The notes under the pieces are model-generated. The model saw only the letters and a program-made list of their open reading frames with translations. It had not been told where the DNA came from and did not search any database. A DNA stretch of 63,149 bases, filler included, from Chrysochromulina tobinii (lineage: Eukaryota): assembly GCA_001275005.1 (NCBI GenBank). It is 8 parts of 8 records of this genome, joined end to end, with 100 filler letters (N's around TTAATTAATTAA, not from the genome) between each part and the next. Parts side by side here need not be neighbours in the genome. Positions count along the whole stretch, not along the records: positions 56,291 to 61,850 come from JWZX01000223.1; positions 61,951 to 63,149 come from JWZX01000228.1; 6 more parts are not named here. One strand, written 5' to 3'. The translations under genes and the position numbers were made by a program. This document shows positions 56,352 to 63,149 of the stretch, one piece after another. Every line of letters begins with the position of its first letter. Position 1 is the stretch's first letter.

Positions 56352-57584
56352 ATGGATGACGAACTCCGAGCAATCATTGCCTTTTCGCTCGAGACCGCAG
56401 CGGCAGAGGAGGAGCTCCGTCAAGCTCTTGCTCTCAGTGCTGGTGAACGAGGACGTCCGACGCTTCATCACGTACCTTTCCAAGCACGGTTTCGGTGGCT
56501 GCGGCAGCAAGTTCCTCGACCCATGGGCCGTCGCGCTCCTGCAGACGGCGGTGCGCTGCCACGTGCTGGAGGCGCTGCTTCGGTTGCCCTGCATCCAGAG
56601 GAAGACGATGCGATGATGGAAGCTCAACCCGCTGCTTTCAGGGCGGAAGAAGAGGAGAGGGTGGCGATGCTGCCTGCGCCTCGGCATCCTCCGCATGGAA
56701 CGCCGCAGCCACCCGTTGAGCGCGATTGGCTTCAGGGGTCACTCCAAGCGTTCCAAGAACTCTCCCAAAGGTTCATTCCTCACATCGATTTCTTGAGGCA
56801 GAGGGGCGGGAGCCTTGAGGTAGACCCTCGGTCTGCACCCGGTGATCGAGAGCTGGCCATGGGCCTGGTGTTTCCGACGGAGTTCGCGCTCGAAAGGCTC
56901 GAGAGGCGTGCTCACGAGTGCCGACTTTACGAGTCAGAAGTGTGTGCACGACTTGAGGAAGCGGCCAGGGGCACAGCAGAGCAGCGTAGTAGGGAGCGAG
57001 GACGATTGGAAACGGATCTGCTCAGGCTGCAAGGTGCGGCAGAGGCTGCGATGCGGGAGGCGGAAGCAGCCCGCCAGCGCGAGCGCGCGGCGCGGGAAGA
57101 GCAGGCACGCCGAGCAGAGGAGCAGAGGCGCCAAGAAGAGCAGGCACGCTTGCGACGAGAGCGTGAAGAAGCCGAGCGGCAGAAGCGGGAACGGGACCTT
57201 GTCCGTGCACGGAACGACGTGGCGGCGCTGCTCGACCCCAAGTGCCCACGTTGCCAGGCCGTGTTTGACGGCTTCGATGGCTGCGCCGCTCTCTACTGCA
57301 GGAACTGCCCGTGCAAGTTTTGCGCCCTCTGCTTAAAGGACTGCGGCGATGATGCGCATCAGCACGTGCGCGCATGCCCGCAGAGGGGAAACGCGATGAG
57401 GGACGACTACTTCTTGAAGGCGCCCGAGATGCAGGTGTGGCAGAGTGTGTTGGTGCCGCAGCGACGCGCCAAGCTAGAACAGTTCTGGGCCGGCTTGGAC
57501 CCCGCGATGCGGGTGCAGTGCAGCTCGGACGCCTTCATCAAGGGTACATACCGTGACCACCGGCTTGCGCATTTGCTAGCGTAA
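56352..57584 (+). CDS. IBR/RING2 (RBR-type) zinc finger protein with UIM-like motifs; possibly 5' partial
   Basis: KCPRCQAVFDGFDGCAALYCRNCPCKFCALCLKDCGDDAHQHVRACP; EEELRQALALS. Confidence 0.75.
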   Translation: MDDELRAIIAFSLETAAAEEELRQALALSAGERGRPTLHHVPFQARFRWLRQQVPRPMGRRAPADGGALPRAGGAASVALHPEEDDAMMEAQPAAFRAEEEERVAMLPAPRHPPHGTPQPPVERDWLQGSLQAFQELSQRFIPHIDFLRQRGGSLEVDPRSAPGDRELAMGLVFPTEFALERLERRAHECRLYESEVCARLEEAARGTAEQRSRERGRLETDLLRLQGAAEAAMREAEAARQRERAAREEQARRAEEQRRQEEQARLRREREEAERQKRERDLVRARNDVAALLDPKCPRCQAVFDGFDGCAALYCRNCPCKFCALCLKDCGDDAHQHVRACPQRGNAMRDDYFLKAPEMQVWQSVLVPQRRAKLEQFWAGLDPAMRVQCSSDAFIKGTYRDHRLAHLLA

Positions 57585-57722
57585 CTCGACAACGACATGC
57601 GACGTACAGCTGCCGTGCGTTTACACTAATTTTGACTCCGTCTCTCCTCCCTCGCACCTCTGCGCTACACACAGCACCGCTACACCGCGACAGCGCGACT
57701 CAACACCGCTAGCGCTACACGC

Positions 57723-60306
57723 TCAGCACTCGTGCTTGCTCATCACCTGGGTGAGCACCGAAGTTTTGGTCGCCTGGAGCATCGTCATGAACTCGTGGTA
57801 CTGTAGGAAGCCGTCCTTGTCCTTATCGAAGTACGCGAGAATATTGGCCGCCTCGTCCTCCGTGATCGTATTGTCGCGCTGCCGATCGAGCCCGCGGAAG
57901 CCATTGCCGTTGACGGCGACGCCCGCGCGCTGCATCGCGTTCATGAACTCCTCGATGGAAACGTACCTGAGGAGGGAGGCAATCAGAGGCCCATCAGAGG
58001 CTCATCAGAGGCTCATCAGTGCCAATCATCCCACGTGGAGACGTCCTGAGGAGGGGCGCAATCATCGGCCATCCGAAGTCCATCAGTGGCAGTCAGCGGC
58101 CATGAGCGGCCGTCAGGGGCCGTCAGTAGTCATCAGCGGCTGTGAGCGGCCATCCGAGGGGCCATCAGTGGTCATCAGTAGTCATCAGCGTACCCGTTGC
58201 CATCGGGATCGCAACGCTCGTACATCTTCTTCATCTGCGAGTGTTGCTCGAAGAGGAACTCACGCAGCCGCGTGAGCAGTTTCTTCTCTCGATCGCTCAG
58301 CCGTTCCACAGAGCGCCCGAGCACCGGGTTCGGCTTCACTAGCTGAGCACCGCGCCCGTCTCCACCGCCAAAGAGCATGAGGAAGCGAGGGACGGAGATG
58401 ATGGGGAGAGCCCCCGAGATGGCCGAGAGGAGCTTGGCGGTGCGCACATCGCTGAGGTGGTAGAGCAGCTGTGCAGCGAATGCTTGGAAGACGGCCGTGT
58501 CCACCCCGTGCGATGCATAGGCCTCGGGCTGAGTCGCTAGGCGCGGCTCGCGCACGCACGCAGCCAGGGCCTGCTCGGGCGTCGCGTGCACATACTTTAG
58601 ACGCTTCTTGATCGCGTCGATGATCTCCGCATCGCTCAGCGAGTCGGGCAGGTTGCCCGCCGTCCACGCGTACACACCCTTTTCAAAGATCTCGGTCTCG
58701 GAGGTGGACTGTGGGAATTGGGTGAGGCCGGAGGCGCTCAGGTTGACCCGCGCCCCCTTCATCGCCTCCTCGTGCTCGCGCTGCTGGTTCTTGAGCTCTT
58801 GCAGCTCCGCCGCCATCCGCTCCTTTTCGAGACGCTCCGCCTCCACCTGAATGCAATGAGGGAGGCAATCAGATTCAATCAGATGCAATCAGATGCAATC
58901 AGATGCAATCAGATGCAATCAGCCACCGCTCCTTTTCGAGACGCTCCTGTCATCAAATGCAATCAAAGGCCATCAAGAGGCCATCAAGAGGCCATCAAGA
59001 GGCCATCAAGAGGCCATCAAGAGGCCATCACCTGCTCCGCGAGAGCGTCCGCCTGAGCTTGGGCCTGGGCGGCGAGGGCCTGTGCTTGGCGACTCATTCC
59101 CTCAAAACGCTTGCGCTCGGCGAGGGCTGCCTCGCGTGCGGCCGCCTCCGCCTCCGCGCGGCGCTGAAGCTCCGCCTTACGCTGCGTGTCCGCGAGCATC
59201 TGCCTGCGCCGCATCTCCTCCTCCCTAGCTGCTTGTTGCTGCGCGGCGAGATGCGCGCTGCGCTCGGCACCATGCGCCTCGAGTGCCGCCTGCTGCCGGG
59301 CGAGCGCCTCCTGCTGCCGAGCGATCATGGCCATGGCCTCCTGCTCACGACGGCGCGCTTCGGCCGCGGCCGCCCGCGCCTCAGCCGCCTCCCTCTCCGC
59401 CTGCTGCCGAGCCGTTTCCATTTGTTGACGAGACTTGTCTTGCATGCGCTTGGCCGTGGCGCTGCTCACGCCCCCGCCTCCCCCGCCTCCCCCGCCTCTG
59501 GACGTCAGACGGTTCGGGCCCCCACCAATCACGTCCGCGGGCGGCCCGGGCAGCTTGCGCCCGTCCGGGCTGTCGCCGCCGCCACCACGCCCAGTGTTGT
59601 GTCCGAGCACCGGTCCTTGATCTCCGTTGAGCTCGGCCTCGAAGGCGCCAAGCGTGCGCACAAACTCCCAGCAGGCGAGCTTGCCGTCGCCGTCGACGTC
59701 GAAGGCCTTGAAGACGTGGCGTGCGTCCGCGAGGTCCATCGAGAAGCCGAGCGAGTTCATCGCGGACACGAACTCGGACACATCGAGCTTGCCAGAGCCG
59801 TCGCGGTCCCAGGTCTTGAACGCCGAGCGGATGTTGATCTCCTTGTTGAAGACGACCTCGGCGACGCGGCGCACGGCCTGCTGGACCCCGTCTTCGGTAT
59901 CGTCCGCAACCTCGAGCGCCTCGCGATTCTCGGCCAACCGCATCAGGTGCTCCACGTGCGCCGCCTTCTGCGCCTCTGCGTGCGACTTGATCACCGGGCA
60001 CATGAAGTCCACCACCTCATGGTAATCGATGGTGCCGCCTCCGTCACGGTCAAACTTCTTGAAGGCGTAGTACAGCTCCTCCTCCGAGACGCCAATGTTG
60101 AGCGCGGCTGCCGTGCTGCAGAATTCGTTAAAGTCGATCTCTCCGCTCCCGTCGGCGTCTGAGGCACGGAACGCTGCTTCGAGCACGGCACGGTGGTTCT
60201 GCCTGTCGCCGATGGCCAGGTGGAGCTTCACGGCGATCTCAGCGCGCACGCGCTCCTCGGCGAGCGCCTTGCCGACGCCGCGGTTCACACTGCCGCCCTG
60301 ACCCAT
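57723..60306 (-). CDS. Multi-EF-hand calcium-binding protein (exons 60306-59032, 58846-58194, 57966-57723)
   Basis: EF loops DADGSGEIDFNEF, DRDGGGTIDYHEV, DRDGSGKLDVSEF, DVDGDGKLACWEF, DPDGNGYVSIEEF (across an intron) and DKDKDGFLQYHEF; MGQGGS myristoylation-like start. Confidence 0.88.
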
Positions 60307-60826
60307 GTCGTCGCGACCGTGCTAGAAAGGGCCGCCAACTTCGTGCGCCTTTGGCGAAAGTCTGGGAAAGTCAAGTCAAGTCAAGTCAAGGCAAGTCAAG
60401 ACCAACCGCCAAACCACCGCTTAAGACGGTCTCCAAGTCGGTGGACAGGCTGGCCCGACTTTCCTGACTACTTTCAAAATGCGAGACGTCGGTTGTTTCA
60501 GTTGCGTCCCAAAACGTGTTTCCAAAACGACTCTACAACGCCGCCGCCAAAAACCGCTTCCTGCAACTCCATCCAGGTCGCCATGCTCTCCCGCCCGACC
60601 CTGCGGCCTGCCCTGGCGCGACAGGCGGCCACTTCTGCCGCTTCACACGCGCACAGCTTCCCTCCGCACTACCCCTGGCCTGGCCCTGAGCGCTGGCGCG
60701 CATGATCATCGCGCGCTCCCATGCCCAGTGCGCGCGCGCCTCGGCCGCCTCCCATCCGGCACCCTCGCGTGCGCGCTCTGGACCAACGAGCGCGTATCGC
60801 TGCTGTGGTCCGCGATGGCGACGTAG

Positions 60827-61850
<1,024 letters not shown>

Positions 61851-61950
61851 NNNNNNNNNNNNNNNNNNNNNNNNNNNNNNNNNNNNNNNNNNNNTTAATT
61901 AATTAANNNNNNNNNNNNNNNNNNNNNNNNNNNNNNNNNNNNNNNNNNNN
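61851..61950. other. Artificial contig linker
   Basis: N44-TTAATTAATTAA-N44. Confidence 0.99.
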
Positions 61951-63149
61951 ACACAAGCGATTACCAAGGATGGAAGCCACTTCTCCCCGCGATCCAGCAC
62001 TGTGTCAACCAACGATTATCGCGCGACACGCAAGTACCTTTCGTGTCCCTTTTCGGCTATCCTCCACCGACGCTTGCAGCTTTAGAGCAACCATACTTAC
62101 TCCCCACCGCCAGCCCGGAGGAACGCACTATCCAGGAGTTCGGGTTGCGAATGAGGCGAATGCACCTGAGACTCACGAGAGAGCTTGACGATCTCAAGGA
62201 CGCAGAGACACGACTGATGCCCTCCTCGAAGCCACTCCGGACAGTACTACCGGGAGATAAAGTGTGGCTGAAGTACAGCGATTCGGAGAAGTCGCGCTAC
62301 ATACGTAAGCACGGCAAGGGACTCGCCTGGAGGCACGCGTTCACGGTACTCGCGGTCAAGCCCCATGCCGTATTACTCGAGGTGCCATCGGACGGATCAG
62401 TTCCGGATGTGCTCCCCTGGCAGTCCCTCAGAAAGTGCAGTTTCGCTGCCCCTTTCTTCCACGACCCCGAGCTTGTGTTGCCCGATGTTGATGAGCATGC
62501 CCTGCCGATGACCCCGGAACCGGACGCCTTGGCGTCACCCATCAACACCCCCACGATCGTTGATAATTTACCTGCGCTGCCGATCGACGATGCGCCAGAT
62601 GAGTGGCACGCGTGGCGTGAGGATAAACTCTACGACATCGAAAGCATCGTTAGCGCTGAACCATCCGGTCGTGGATGGAAGCTAAGGATCAAGTGGGAGG
62701 GTCACCCCACGGTCACCACCGAGAGACTGTCATCCATCGTGAGTCGGGTAACCGACCGGCGTATACTGGAAGAGATCGACCTCCGCAAGGCGGAGTACCA
62801 GAGCCGATATGCCACCGTGCCGTCGCCATCTGAGACGGCTACCGTAGTAGCAATGGCGCCTACTAGGGTGCAGCCCGCCAGGTTTAGTCGAGCTCATCCA
62901 GTGTTCTTACTGTCAACCGATGATAGAAGAGCCGACGCTACGCTATTCGAGTTTGCTTGCTCGGTACTGCACGTTGAGTCAGGGAAGAAGACGCAATCCC
63001 TGCACCAGCTGGAAGACGTACTCTGATGAGCTCTCGTACTACTGCGAGCTCGAGGGGGTGATGATACGTCTCCACCCTCCCTACACTACACCCCGGGGAC
63101 TCCCACCCTCGTTTCGGGTCACTCGAAACGGTACACCGGAACGGCGCGC
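61951..63149 (+). mobile_element. 3' end of a Ty3/Gypsy-like LTR retrotransposon (integrase C-terminus + chromodomain, PPT, start of 3' LTR)
   Basis: Frame open from the contig edge: WKPLLPAIQHCVNQ...PFVSLFG (integrase end), PGDKVWL, chromodomain YDIESIVSAEPSGRGWKLRIKWEGH; stop at 63026; purine tract GAGGGGG at about 63052 followed by TG. Confidence 0.75.

Overview
This is GC-rich eukaryotic DNA, most consistent with a haptophyte alga (Chrysochromulina/Prymnesiales-like; inferred from gene content and intron style). It is eight unrelated contigs joined by artificial 100-bp linkers (N44-TTAATTAATTAA-N44), so adjacency across linkers carries no meaning. Recognisable genes include WDR36/UTP21, FAM98, mannonate dehydratase (uxuA), a GH36 alpha-galactosidase, histone H3 with a 3' stem-loop, alpha-tubulin, a PIH1-CS protein, an EF-hand protein, RING/IBR proteins, glycosyltransferase-like proteins and the 3' end of a chromodomain-type Ty3/Gypsy retrotransposon. 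The top finding is a gene the ORF track splits in two: a secreted SelW/Rdx-family selenoprotein (8481-7969, minus). Its active site reads U-G-G-U (two in-frame UGA codons), and a well-formed type II SECIS follows in the 3' UTR. The second is a family of introns built from sense-strand TGATTGCCTC-type decamers that carry copies of their own flanking exons, suggesting a recent intron-generating mechanism. Other points of interest are an LRGG|GCGASK cleavage/myristoylation-like motif, an SKP1-F-box-LRR fusion and an oriented (ACTTG)n element upstream of four genes. All calls come from reading motifs by eye; no database search was run.
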